From the human T2T-CHM13v2.0 reference genome, Homo sapiens: a stretch of DNA of 64,000 nucleotides. The notes under the pieces were generated by a model. The model was not told the origin of the DNA. It worked only from the letters and a program-made list of their open reading frames with translations, and ran no database searches. Positions 39,656 through 53,029 of this stretch are shown one piece after another (the first letter of the stretch is position 1; every line of letters starts with the position of its first letter). The translations under genes were made by a program, and so were the position numbers. The stretch is taken from the NCBI RefSeq assembly GCF_009914755.1, contig NC_060942.1; one strand, written 5' to 3'.

Positions 39656-41000
39656 CTAGTGAATTTGGAGAAAAACAGGGAGAGAAAAGGATCCTGAAAT
39701 ACAAATAAAGAAAGTATATCAAGACAAAAGGAATGTATCAAATGCTGCAAATAAAGCACAATGAAAATTGAGACTTGACTATGGTTTCAGTAATGTGGCA
39801 GTCACTGGTAACCTTGCTATTGAATTAAGTTATCAGATTTAAAATTACCTTGACATGATTAATTTTTAAAATCTCCAAAGATAATTATTTACACAGTGCA
39901 ATGTAATTTCCAGTAGATAGCTGACAGAGCTTATGAGTAAAGCAGGATGTGGTGACATTTTCTTGAAAAAAAAAAAAAAAAAAACCTAATTCAGATAAAG
40001 ATAAAGAATCTACAACTGACTATAGTGCTAATGAAAAAAACATAGAGAGTTGAGAAAATACCTTGAAAGACCTTTACAATTTCATAAGCTTGTTTTTTAG
40101 AGGGCACTTGTCTGTATTATGGCTGTCCCACTTCTCTTTGTTATAAAATAGAGGAGAAAAAACAAAAGGAGAAAGACAAAGCAACAAATACAAAGGAAGG
40201 AGAGAATGTGAGACTCAGATGGGACCACTCTCTTTGTTGTCCCCATGTGGGAATTGTTGATGGTAGAATGCAGAACACCAGTTAGACGTCTTTGTCAACA
40301 GCATTGATGTTCCCCACCATAATTCTCTGCTTTGAAACAAATCTGCAATTCTCCTGACATTAGTTTTCAATTTATTACCCCAAGTGGGTTGGTCTCTAAG
40401 GAAGGCCAGCCTATATATGCAGCGGCTGAAATAACTAGTTGGAGCTAGTTAATGAAACTGAGAATGTCATGGGCTGGTTAATATTCATATATTTGAAGGT
40501 AGCATACCTGTGTAACCTGAGGGCTATATTTCATTAGATTTATGTATTGTAATGCAATGTCTGAAAGCTGAATACAACTGATATTGTTTTGTTAAATACT
40601 TGCAGTTTTCATTTATATCTCAGATACAAATCTGATCATCTTTGGCATATATAATCCTGTTATCAGCTACTAGAAATTTTCTTGTTGTGGTCAGAAAGTC
40701 CTAACATGATAATGTAAGAACTTCATTTGGATGTTAGAATAAGACTTTCTCCCCCCAGGAGCTAATGTCTTTGTCAAAAGTTTAAGGAAGTCGTAGCATC
40801 AAAAATAATGATCACAACAGGTTCCCAAGACATATATTCCTGTCAGTGGCATGCAGGATAGTAAAAGCAACACAAGCATCCAGGAGAGAAAAACCCAGTT
40901 TGCAAGGGTAGGAACACATACTGCAGATAAAAGTAAACAAGGAATTATATGCTTGTTATCTTGTTAGACAGGAGGTACTGGATATCTTGTAAGCAAGAAA

Positions 41001-41165
41001 AGTGGATCTCAAATTTGGATTGTATTAGAATCTAGTGAGTATCCTTTTCAAATTACTAATGCTGAAATTCCAGTCCTCCAGGTCTACCAAATTTGAATGT
41101 AAGGCAGTAGATCTCAACTATATGTACTGAAGTACAGCGTATAAGATACTCCAGGAAATATTGAG
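41001..41165. mobile_element. MER5-like hAT-Charlie MITE fragment
   Basis: 'agtggatctcaaattt...tattagaatc', 'ctccagg..atattga' resemble MER5A. Confidence 0.45.
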
Positions 41166-41798
41166 TGGGTGGAACTCACTCAAGTTCCAGGGTAAATTCT
41201 AGCAACATTCTCTACCCTTATTTACTATGTTTAATTGACATACTATGTCTGTTGGTAATTGTTATCATCTTTCTTGTTGAAATTTGAAAAGATGACAGAG
41301 TCCTTCATGTGAATTCTGCTACTTTTTGAGGTAGAGAAAAATACAGAGGGGTTAAAAAAATGATTCAAGAAAGTCTTTCTACAAGATGCTGCACACGTGC
41401 ATAAGATTCTATTAAAAGATACACTTAAGAAACACAGAATATGTAAATCGCCAAAATGCCTCGACTGACCCAAATTACACATTAATCCGTTACAGATTAT
41501 GTAGACTGCTACAATTTTAAAATCAGTCTATCAGCTCACCTTTGTTTAAACTAGTGTTTTCATCTTTGTTTACCCATGGAAACCTCGTTTTTTTCTGCAT
41601 ACTATTTTAATGCAGTTTGGAAAATGCTGCCTTTGGTGAAGTTTCTATTTTATTAACTTGTGTTAATATTTGACATTTGTTTTGTGAGTCAACCACATAT
41701 TTTATTTTAATGGAACTTGATCTGCCTTAGTTTTTAGAGTCAAGTTGTCTAGTTGAATATGCTAAACCAGGAACCTGAAATGTATACATTGAGTTGGG

Positions 41799-41840
41799 GG
41801 TAAGACATTAAGTAATGGTGGTAAGACATTAAGTAATGGT
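41799..41840. repeat. Perfect 21-bp tandem duplication GGTAAGACATTAAGTAATGGT x2
   Basis: Copies 41799-41819 and 41820-41840. Confidence 0.95.
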
Positions 41841-42299
41841 GGTATCTGCAAGTCATTGAAGAAAATCTTGTCTATCCCCATACACTCATTATCTTTTTCT
41901 AATCCCTGTATCAAACAACACAAACACACTTTCTCTCTTTCTAAGTTTATCTATTTATCTATTTATCTATCTATCTAATCTATCATCTCCCTAGAGAGAG
42001 AATTTGCTTGCATAATTTAGACTGTTGGTCTTTATGTGTTAAATCAATCTTGTCATTAGAGCTAAGAATTTAATATGTCCTTCTTGATATCATTCAATTA
42101 CCTGTTCATTAGCAATTTCTGGAAAAAAAGAAAAAAGATAAATATCGCAAATAATGGATAAGCTATAAAAATCTATCCTAATTATGTTACATAGCACAAT
42201 CATTTCTGCATTTTATTTAAAGTAGTAACAGTACAGGTAAATATTCCAAATGACTACTTCCCTATAAGAAAACAGGGAACAAGGTACAGAAACCATATT

Positions 42300-42353
42300 C
42301 AAAACCTTCAAAACAAAACAAAATAAGCTATGAGGCTACATACTGAAGCCCCC
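42300..42353 (+). repeat. 54-bp dispersed direct repeat, copy 1
   Basis: 51/54 identical to 42927-42980. Confidence 0.95.
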
Positions 42354-42926
42354 ATGTAATTAAAATGAGCTGACCTGATCCTCATAGACACCAAGCATAC
42401 CAAACTCAAATTATAAGACATCCTCAGAATGTCTGTAGATCTAAAGAAAGCTCTGCTTCTGTTTCTTCCAATGTCTAAATAGCAAGTCTTACCCAAACAC
42501 AGAGTAAAAGATAACTCAAAAGCCAGAGAGAGTGGTTCCTGATAACTAGGTATAAGGCAGAGAAACAGTGGACACTTGATAGGAAGTGAGAAAATATTTA
42601 AAAAACAAAGACTGTGCCCAGTGTGTGTGTGGTGGAAAGGGAAGGTAGGGGACGAAATGAAACAGCTTTGGTATGCCTTCCATCATGGGGAAAAAAATTC
42701 ATGTTCTTAGAGGTAGTGTAACAAAAAGGTTAGCAGAAGGCATGGAGTCTTTTCCTGTGTAACAGAGTATCTTCAGCATTTTCTGGTCTCATGGAGGCAA
42801 GAGAAGTCAATCTACCAGCACTCAGTAATTCTATTCCAGCATACGTTGATAATAGACCAATTGCAACATCATGCCTTTCTCTTAGTGGGGAAATGAATCT
42901 TGAGACTTCCAGAGGCATCTCAAGCA

Positions 42927-42980
42927 CAAAACCTTCAAAACAAAACAAAATAAGCTATAAGGCTACATATTGAAACCCCC
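42927..42980 (+). repeat. 54-bp dispersed direct repeat, copy 2
   Basis: 51/54 identical to 42300-42353. Confidence 0.95.
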
Positions 42981-43028
42981 TTAGGTTATGAAGAGGAAAG
43001 CAAAGTGTTCAGTCGAAGAGACCCTGAA

Positions 43029-43030
<2 letters not shown>

Positions 43031-43075
<45 letters not shown>

Positions 43076-43101
43076 CACACGCACACACACACACACACAC
43101 A
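43031..43101. repeat. (AC)~35 microsatellite with two GC interruptions
   Basis: Read directly; purine-pyrimidine alternation is unbroken. Confidence 0.95.
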
Positions 43102-43589
43102 TCAGACTGTTTTGATCAAACTGTTTTGATAACTCTTAATAGTGTTTAAGGAAAATGGATGAAATTGTTATCCACAGTCCCATATTTCCTGTCTATCTCA
43201 AGTTCCTCTGTTTCTTTTTTCTTGCTTTCCTTCTAGGAGGTTTTTAAAGCCAAATTGTTTTACATTTAGATTATTTCAATGTTTGACAACTAAGTCATGA
43301 GTTACAACAGAATGAATCATAAACAAAATTCTCCTGTAATAAATGTTTTGTGACCTTAGTTAAGCTGATTATAATGGAAGCTACTCTGATTATTGTAGAT
43401 TACATAGTCTTCAGTCTCCAATACATTCCTTTGCACCCAAAGGAAGGTTATTTATTTCAATTTGGGAAAGTACACAGGTAGAGTAGACAGATGATAAAAC
43501 CTGTCAGTGTGGAACATCCCCATAATATACAAGAAGTAAAATTGCCCCAATTTCCCTTCTCTACACCAGATGTAGGTCTTCAGATTCAT

Positions 43590-43996
43590 TGCCTCATTAG
43601 TTTGGGCTGTAATAAAAACTTACCATAGACTGAGTGGCTTATAAACAACAGAAATTTCCTTCTCACAGTTCTGGAGACTGGAAGTCTGATGTTAGAGTGT
43701 CAGTATGGTTGGGTTCTGGTGAAGGCCCTCCTCTGGTTTGCATACTGCTGGCTTCTCTTTTTGTCTTCACATGGCAGAAAGAGAGAGAGAGAGAGAGAAA
43801 GAGAGAGCACGAGCAAGAGTGAGTGTGCATACTAGCTCTCTGGCCTCTTTTATGGGTACTAATCTCATTCGTAAGGGCTACAACTTCATGACCTATTTAC
43901 CTTCCAAAGGTATCTCCTTCGTATACCATCTCATTGGAAGTTGGAGTTCAACTTATGAAATCCTTTTGGGGAGACATAGACATGCAGTCCATAATA
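43590..43996 (-). mobile_element. MLT1A-type solo LTR with internal (GA)n
   Basis: 'accatagactgagtggcttataaacaacagaaattt..tctcacagttctggagactggaagtc' and end 'cagtccataata'. Confidence 0.88.
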
Positions 43997-44819
43997 CCCC
44001 AATATGCTAGTTAAATCTGGGAACATCATAAGCATGCTTAAACTGAGAAGGTGGTTGTATTTGTTTTGGGGTCTTCAGAATTTCTTTTCAATAACTTCTG
44101 TGCTTTTATCATTTGATTTAAATCATTTTTTCCACTTCATTTCGTTTCTACCTCATGAGGTTCTGGACACACCTGTGGGTATTGCCCTGGAATCATAGGT
44201 AACACTGATAATAAAAGTCAGAACCTCTGGTTTCAGGTCTCATATCAGTCATTTCTACCTTAGTGGAAATTCAAACTGTAGATATATTTCCCTGAGTTAA
44301 CATGAATTCTTATCATTGGAGAAAATATTTGATGAAAAAATTTTGTCCCAGAAAAAGAGATCTCACACCTCAAAGAGTAGGTGGGAATGATAATTTTAAT
44401 AATGCAGAGACATAAGAAAATTGTGTGGCTTTGTGAATTAGAAACAAGAATATATTACAATTTCATCTTAGTTCTCTCTTGGGTATAATCTGTGAGGAAG
44501 TGCTGTAAACCCACTGTCTCATAGCAGCTGGGTTTTCACTTTAGTTTTTTTTTCTCTTTTTTCCTTTTGTTAATGAACTCTTTGGAAAGAAAACAACGGG
44601 AAAGGAAAAGATAAAAAGAAACTGCAGCTCCATCAATTTTCTCATTGTGTCTCATTAGCTAAGAGACCAATGTTAGTGCCTTTGTAATTTTTGTAGTATT
44701 GACTTTAGACTATTTTCAATTTGTGAAAATAAATGACTTCCTCCATTTATTTTTGTTTCCTCGGAATAAGGAAATCCTATAGACTTAAGGATGGTTAATG
44801 GGTTAAGAATAGTTAAGAT

Positions 44820-45870
44820 GAATCCTGCTGATCACCATAATAATGTTAGAGATTGTAATCTGTCAATTTTTGCTTTATGTACTTTTATGTTTTTAGTAAT
44901 ATACATGTTAAAAATATTATATCTTCATAGGAAATCATTCACTTTAACTTTACATGGGTTTTCTCATTGCTCCTAATAATATTTTTAAAGTATATTTTAT
45001 CTGATATTATATAGATAATCAGCTTTTTCCCCATCCTTTCACTTTCAGTCCTTCTGATAAATTGTAATCTAGGTTTTTATCTTTGTAAACAGCATATAGT
45101 TAGATATATTTATTTTTAATTTTCTGATCTGAAATTAATTGTATTTTAATAAACATCTATTGACATTTACTTATTTTCTGATACATTTGGGTTTGTTAAA
45201 ACCAACTTATATTGTGTCCTCATTTTAACTATTCCTTTGTTTCATTTTCTCTTGTCTTTTACTGAATTTACCATACTTTTACTATTTTATTTTTACATCC
45301 TAGAGATATATAATTTTCCATTCTATTTCTCTTATTTTAAAGGCCACACTTATGTTTTTAGAACACATACTTTACTTTAAAAAATTGAAAGTCATATACA
45401 CTTATTCCTTCTTATCAAAATAAAGCTATATGATTGGCAAACCAAAATACATTTCAGATGTCACTGCTTCCTTACTGTCTTTCACTATCAAACATGTTAA
45501 TCCTAAATGTGTGCTTTCTAAGCAGCTACAAAATTCAGCCACCATTAGGTAGGTTTTCTGTTTCTTTCAGCTGAAATTATTTCTAAAGAGTTTACAACTT
45601 CTCTTTCATATTATGTGTGTCATGTCAAGCATTGAAAGTTCTTTTTGTTTCTAGTTCAATATTCATCATCATCATTATTATTATATAGTATATGTTAATT
45701 TAGATTCCCCATTAGCTCTAGTAATTTAGTCATTAAACATTGCTTATAGCATTCCATTACCTCTATTAGGGTTATTGTTCTTCTTGAAGTCCATTCATAG
45801 TTCTTTCAATCTTTCAATACAAGGTTTATGAGTAGTAAATCCTCACCATTTGTTTCTTTTTTTCACTCAT
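44820..45870 (-). mobile_element. Old L1M fragment (ORF2 5' region), antisense
   Basis: 'tgtcaatttttgctttatgta', 'tattttatctgatatta', 'ccatcctttcactttca', 'gtaaacagcatatagtt' are reverse endonuclease-region motifs. Confidence 0.65.
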
Positions 45871-46090
45871 AAAATGACATTACTAGGGTTTTCACATCTG
45901 GCAGGGTGAATAGGCTCTAATAAATTAGTTATCCTTTATATAATAACTATATGCTATGTATAAGACACAAACAAATAAAAAAACCTCAAGTGCAAATTTC
46001 TGATCTCTCTAGAGTATAAATCTAAATAAAAAGAAAAAAATTGGAGGGGATTTGAACCTTAGAAGAAACTAGCATGAGTAAGTTTAAGGT

Positions 46091-46531
46091 TGTGAAAGCT
46101 GTCATAATCAAAATGGAGTTGCTAGTTCTAAAAATACGGACACGTAGAGCCAGGGAAGTCCACGAGGGGAGAGTTCTCATGCACAAATACCTGATAACAC
46201 AAACAATCACAAAAGAATCTGCAAAAACCATTACCTTACACAAAGGTCATCACAACCCTATACAAAAAAATACTTCTGCAACGGCATCTTCCCAACAACA
46301 GGCTGTTTAATTTCAGTCTGGCACCACGTCTTATATTGATATTCATAGCTAAGAACAATTAATTCAAAACAATGGTATATATTTCATTTTTTTTTTAAAA
46401 ATGTTTTTTTCTTTACCTCCCTGAAGATGCACATAATTCATCATGGTACATGTATTCTCATTGCAATGCTTATTCCCAAATAGATGTTATTTTCTTTTAG
46501 AGAGTCTCCCTGTTTGTTATTTAGGTTGACA
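46091..46531 (+). mobile_element. MER34-family (ERV1) solo LTR
   Basis: TGTGAAAGCTGTCATAATCAAAATGGAG...TTATTTAGGTTGACA; 4-bp TSD AGGT/AGAT. Confidence 0.75.
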
Positions 46532-46579
46532 AGATGTATACCCTAGAGCAAGAACTAAAAAGCAATATTGTAAAGGTAC

Positions 46580-46611
46580 GTGTGTGTATGTGTGTGTGTG
46601 TGTGTGTGTGT
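46580..46611. repeat. (TG)n microsatellite
   Basis: Read directly from the sequence. Confidence 0.9.
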
Positions 46612-48021
46612 AGTTAAGACAGAATTTTAAACACAACAGAAGCAAACCTCAAATAATGTAAAAGAAAATAGGAAAAATAAAAGAGGCTAAAAAGAGAGGA
46701 GATAAACAAAAATAACTTATAAAATGGTAGACTTAAAGTTGTTTCTGTTAATTGCATTGTTATTACTAAATGTTAATATACTAAACATTTCTATTAAGAG
46801 GCAGAGATTATCAGACAGGATATAATAGTAAGACCTAACTATATACTGCTTACAAGAGAAGCACTTTAAAGACAAACAGTAGAAAGTAAATGGATGAAAA
46901 CCATATGCATATAGACAGAAAGCATAAAAGGTTGAAGTTGCTGTACTAAAATCAGATATAACAGACCCCAAGGCAAAGCATTATATCAAACACATTAAAA
47001 AATTAGTGATTTATCAAGAAGATATAATAATTGTTAATGAGAATGTGTAAAACATAATTTCAAAATACATGAAGCAAAAATTGACTGTAAATACAAACTT
47101 ATAATTTCATTGTCAAAGTAGAAAATTTTAATATTTTTCTCTCCCAGCAATTGATAAAAACAACTAGATCTAGAGAAAAATATCAGTAAAGACACAGGAC
47201 AACATTGTCCACTCTCTTACCTAATTGTGTCTTAATAAAATAAATGATTGTATAGAAGGAATATCCTCCAAGCACAATAGAATTAAGAAATCAATTAAAA
47301 TATGTTATGTAATAAAATATTTAGAAATTAATCAACAAATTTTTAAAAATAAATCACAAATAAATTACCATATATTTCAAATGAAATAAAATTAAAATAC
47401 ATGAAATTTGAGGGATACAGGCAAGACAAAGCTCAGAAAAATGTAAAGCTTTAAATATATACAGAAAATATAGAAAATTTAAAATCAATGATTTAATATT
47501 TTACTTCCAAAAGCTACTAAAAGAACAAAGTAAAGCCAAAGTAAGTAAAGAGGAGAAAATAAAGCTATCAGCTTAAATCAATGAAATTGAAAACAGATAT
47601 ACAATAAAACAGTTTAACAAAATGATGAGTTGGGATATGTCTAGCAATTCTGAATAAAAATAAAAAGAGAAAACACAAAACATTAATATCAGGAATAAAA
47701 GAAGGACGGTTACTAAAGATGCTACATATACATATAAAAATATTAAAATGTTATAAAAACATTCATGCCAATTTAGTAGAAATAAACACATTTCTTTAAA
47801 AATTAGCACTAGCAAAAATTTACATAAGGTGCAACAGGAAGAATAAATAGCCATCTACCTATTAAAGTATGTGGATTAACTATTATAGATTTCTCATCAA
47901 GTAAATTCCTAGCCCAGGTTTTTCCAATGAATTATATAAAACATTCAATAAGAACACCAATCATAATGTCCTTTAGGAAAAGAAAACACCTTCCAAATTG
48001 TTTTATAAAGTAAACATAACA

Positions 48022-49100
48022 TTTTTTAATTTTATTATTTTATTTTAGGTTCAGGGGGTACATAGGCAGCTTTCTTAAATGGGTATATTGTATGATGATG
48101 AGGTTTGAGCTCCTAATGATCTCATTACCCAAGTAGCAAGTGTATTACAAAGCAAGTAATTTTTTTAACCCTTTGCCCCCTACTTTGGAATCCTCAGTGT
48201 TTACTGATCCCATCTTTCTGTCCCTGTGTACTAGATGTTTAGCTCCCATTTATAAGTGAGAACATATGGTATTTAGCTTTCTATTCCTGTGTTAATTGGC
48301 TTGGGATAATGGCCTCCAATTGCATCTATGTTTCTGCAAAGAACATTGTTTTCTTTTTTATGGCTGTGTAGTATTCCATGGTGTATATGTACTACATTTT
48401 CTTTAACCAATCCACTGTTGATAGGTACCCGGGTTGATTCTATGTCTTTGTTAATGTGAATAGCGCTGCAATAAGCATATGAGTACAGGTGTCTTTTTGG
48501 TAGAAAGATTTATTTTCTTTTGGGTCTATACCTAGGAATGGGGATCTTGGCTTAAATGGTAATTCTCTTTTTATTTCTTTGAGAAATCTCCAAACAGCTT
48601 TCCGTAGTGACTGAACTAATTTGCATCCCCACCAACAGTGTGTATGCATTCCCTTTCCTCTGCAACCTCACCAGCATCTGTTATTGTTTAACTTTTTAAT
48701 AATAGCCAGCCAGGCCCAGTGGCTTATGCCTATAATTCCAGCAGTGTGGGGGGCTGAGATGGAGAATCACTTGAGCCTAGGAATTTGAGACAAACCTGGG
48801 CAATATAGGGAGACTCTGCCTCTACAAAAATTTAAAAAATTAGCTGGTCATGGTGGCACATGCCTGTGATCCCAGGTACTTGGGGGGCTGAGGTAGGAGG
48901 ATTGCTTCAGCCCAGAATATAGAGGCTACAGTAAGCTGTGATAGCACCACTGTACTCCCGACTGGATGACACACCAAGATCCTGTCTCAAATAATAAAAA
49001 TGATAATAGCCATTCTGACTGGTATGTGATGGTATCCCATTGTGGTTTTGATTTTCATTTCTCTGATGATTAGTGATGTTGAACACTATTTTCATATATA
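48022..49100 (-). mobile_element. L1PA(13-16)/L1PB-type 3' end, 5'-truncated
   Basis: T-rich tail, 'ttcagggggtacat', 'tttagctcccatttataagtgagaacat', 'atggctgtgtagtattccatggtgtatatgtac'. Confidence 0.88.
48709..49000 (+). mobile_element. AluJ inside the L1
   Basis: J-type 'cacttgagcctagg', 'ggaggattgctt'; TSD ATAATAGCCA on both sides. Confidence 0.92.
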
Positions 49101-50143
49101 TACTTATCATAATCTTGAGAGCAAAATTCAACAGATATTACAGAAATAAAGAAAAAAGAGAAAAGGAAGTAAAGAAGGAAGAAAAGAAGAAAGTAAATGA
49201 AGAAAGGAAGAAAAAAATTATAAACAGATGACCCTCATAAATAAAGTTGTGAATATGTTTAGCAATATATAACCAAATGTAATACATAAAATAGTTTAAA
49301 AAGATAATACATCATAACCAGATATGTAAGGTAGTTTCAAAATCATTCAATCTAATTTATCATATTTACAAAATAAAAGAAAAAAATGATGGTCCTTTCA
49401 ATAGATGAGAAACACACATTGGAAAAATTCAGTTCTCATTCATGATAAAAAGTGCTCAGCAAACTTGATATAGGTGTGTAGAAGGGCATTTCTTCAGGTT
49501 GATCCAGAGCATCTTAAACAAAGAAACAAAACCTGCAACTTAAATTCTACTTAATGGTGAAATATTGAACATGTTTTTCCCCTAAAATAAAAGAAAAAAC
49601 TTAGTAAGAACATCCTTTAACATTTCTATTCAACATTGTGCTGGAGGACCCAGCTATTGCAATAATGCTAATTTTAAAAATTAAAAACAAAAAGAATGGA
49701 AAGAAGTTGCAGGTGACATTATTATTTACTGATGTCTGCTGACTATTCCTTATGGTAGATATGCTTTTGTGTGTTAAATAATTTTTAAGTTTAAACACAC
49801 CTTCAATGAGGGTACGAACTTCCTGGACTTTGAATCTGTCTCTCCAGAAGTTTTCATTTATTTTTGAAAAGGAACCTACATTATCACCTGGTAATCTCAA
49901 CTTATAGCATTTCCTTGTCTTTGGAACAGAGATCCAATATCTTGATATTTGAAGACAGGGAAAAGGCTGAGACAAGCTTCCTTGGGGCCTTTATGGCAAC
50001 GGTTAAAATTAAAAAAAATTTTCCCCATGGAATATCCTTTAATATGAAATCAAATGTATTTATTTATTTAATAGTGTTAACTTTGCTCTTGACCCTAAAT
50101 TTTTTTCAGTAAAAGTTTCACCCTCATTTGTTATTTATTTTCA

Positions 50144-50618
50144 GATTTTTTAATTGTATTTTTAATTGACATAAATTGTGTAAATTCATGGGGTACATAC
50201 TGATGTTTTGATACATATAATGTACAGTAATCAGATCAGGATAATTAGCATGTCCATCATCTCAAACATTTATAATTTCTTTGTGCTGGGAATGTTCAAT
50301 ATACTCCTTCTAGCTATTTGAAACTATATAATATGTTATCTTTAGTTACAGTGATCCTACAGTGGTATAGAACACTAGAACTATTTATCCTATCTAGCTG
50401 TAGTTTTCTATCCTTTAACAAATCTCTCCCTATCTCTCCTTTCTCCACTGTTTCCAGCTTCTAGTATTTTCTGTTCTACTTTTTACATCTATGAGATCAA
50501 CTTTTTTTTTTAGCTTCCACATATGAGAGAGGATATGCGGTGTTTAACTTTCTGTTTCTGGCTTATTTCACATAACATAACATCCTCTGGTTCTATCCAT
50601 GTTTCCTCGAATGACAGG
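50144..50618 (-). mobile_element. L1MA-type 3' end
   Basis: 'atggggtacat..tgatgttttgatacatataatgt..gatcagg.taattagcat.tccatcatctcaaacattta', 'ctatgagatcaactttt..agcttccacatatgag'. Confidence 0.88.
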
Positions 50619-51551
50619 TTAAGCTTTTTCTTATTCATTCTTTAACTAGTTTCATCCAGGCAATTCATTTATAAATTCTTGACTTGCACGTGTCTAAAGC
50701 TTAGACTTCTTTAACTGTATGGGTATCAATAGCCATATGCTTACATGCCATTGACACCATATCTGCCATGAAAACAATTATCTCTAGGTCTTACTGGCTT
50801 TGATTCCAGAATCTAGAAATTTATTGTGGAATTTTTATTGTTGTTGTTTGGGTGTTTGTTGTGGTTTCTCCACAGTCTCAGCAATGCATTACTATTTTAT
50901 GTGACTATAATTAATGAGCATTTTAGATGTTTAGAAAATGTTTTCAAGTTGTTTTTGTTTGCTATCTTGTAAAAACTGGAAATCTTTTTTGTTATAATAA
51001 ACATTTTAAATATTTTTATTTTTAATAACACATGGGGAATGATAATAATACATTCCATTAAAAGTAAGAATATAATTGTTTAATAGTAAATATATACTTG
51101 TAGTACAGTCATAGTATCCAAGTTAAAAGTAATAGTTTTTATTGTTCTAGTCAATCATTATATAGTAAGTATATCCTACATTTGCAATTGAATAAATAAA
51201 AGAGTTGTTGAAACTAAAAGCAAAATTGAAAAATTATCAAATGCACAGTGAAAATGTCAGAAAACACACACAGCCATTCTAATACATTGCAGAGCTATCC
51301 TGTGGAATACAAATTGAGCGAAGAAGATTTTCTATGAAACTCTAGGATCTATTTGAAAATTATTTCAAAAAGTTAATCTATTGAAGTTTTCAATGCCAAA
51401 AATTTTGTGTCCAATTTCTCTCTGTGTATTGGTGAAACAATGAGTCTGGCAGTTCACATTGGGACAAATAATTAACACTGTTAACCCAACTGAAGTGAAG
51501 AAAGAATATAAAAATTATAGGCCCAAGTTATTACTCACTTTTTTCCAGATA

Positions 51552-51869
51552 CTGTAGGACCTCAGTATTCATGGGTTCCACAGACAGATTCAACCAACCA
51601 TGAATCAAATGTATTTGGAAAAATAAAAATAAATGTACAACAATAAAATAACGCAAATAAAAAAATACAGTATAGCAACTATTTACAAAGCATTTTCATT
51701 GAACTAGGTATTATAAGTAATCTTGAGATGATTTAAGGTATGCAAAAGAATATACCTAGGTTATATGCAAATATGACATCATTTTATATAAGGGACTTGA
51801 GCATCCAAGTATTTTGGTATCTGCAGGGATCCTGGAACCAATCCCTTGTTAGATACTGAGGGAGAACTG
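51552..51869. mobile_element. Tigger3a/MER7-like TcMar-Tigger MITE
   Basis: TA then 'ctgtaggacctcagtattcatggg'; inverted end 'gatactgagggagaactg'; internal 'taggtattataagtaatct.gagatgattt'. Confidence 0.85.
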
Positions 51870-53029
51870 CATTAACTTTTCCAGCCACAGACCCTGTTCA
51901 GTAGGTGTGACTACTGGAGATGAATGTGGCATTTGTTTCTGTGATTTTTTTTTTTAATCTTTTCAACTTCCAAAAAATGACTGATCCAGTAGAGCTGGCT
52001 CTGGTGCAGTGAAATTTTAGGTCATTCAGGAAAGGATTATGTTTATATTAAGTTATATCTAACTGATTGCAAAATGGATTTAGTGAGTGAAGAGTGACAG
52101 AAAACACGTGCACATTAAAGTAGATGATAGGATATTGAAAACATTATTGTAACTTATTTAGTATTGATTTTCCCAGATTTCTTGATATTGCTTGACACAA
52201 ACAAATGGTAGGAGTAAAGGAGCCTGCTAAATGTGAGAAGGAGACACAGTGGTGAGAGTGAAGAACTACCGATTTGGATTCAGGTGTTGTAATTCCCTGA
52301 ACACACAAGAAAGCAAATGCAACAAAACGACTATATACAGGAAGTATAGGCAAGATGCATGATAGGATAAAGTCAGTTTCAGAAAGAGCATGGTTTCAAA
52401 GTTTTAGAAATGTTTAATGTCATTGTATTCTTTCTTTCAGTTCTATATTCCACCTATAGTTGAAGTGGAATATTCTCGATAACTAAACTTCAACAAGATC
52501 TTCCTATGGCACACGTATTCTACTTAGAAAAAGGTGAACAAACTCCTTCTTTAAAAAACTATGATAACATGTACTTTTTAAATTTACATATAATTCACTT
52601 CTGCAAGACATTGCTGCCTCAGTCTGACTACTATGGAAGAGGAGGACAGGGCTCATCCTTTTATCAAAATTCTCCTTTTTGGTTATCTGTAACTCAAATC
52701 TGAAGTTCTCAGTGCACAGGTTGCACATCTTGCAGCGAATACATTTTCTCTTTTTTGACTGTCACTTACATTCTATCAGTACCTAGAATTGTCTGACTGT
52801 TTATATGTATTATTTTAAAAATTAATTTCCTTCAACCATTATCTACTTAAACTAGACCCTGATTTTTTCTGGATTTTACTGTGGCAGTTACTCTGTAACT
52901 TATCCTTTATTTGTGCATCAAAGCAGGTCCATTCTGAGGACTGCAGTCATATGCACATTCCTAGTACATCCATGTACAACATAACAATTCATCACTCACC
53001 TAACATTCTGTGATGTTTTGTGGTTCTAT

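Larger units (their letters stand above)
46640..49740 (+). mobile_element. Decayed L1M ORF2 (endonuclease to RT), split by a younger antisense L1
   Basis: Translations LLNVNILNISIKRQRLSDRI (from 46763), IYCLQEKHF and FLFNIVLEDPAIAI (~49623) resemble L1 ORF2p; many stops and frameshifts. Confidence 0.85.

Noticed and set aside
39966-39984. Orphan A19 run as a retrocopy tail
   Set aside because: No upstream element body or TSD identified.
46640-49740. Functional L1 ORF2
   Set aside because: Motifs recognisable but riddled with stops and frameshifts and interrupted by other elements.
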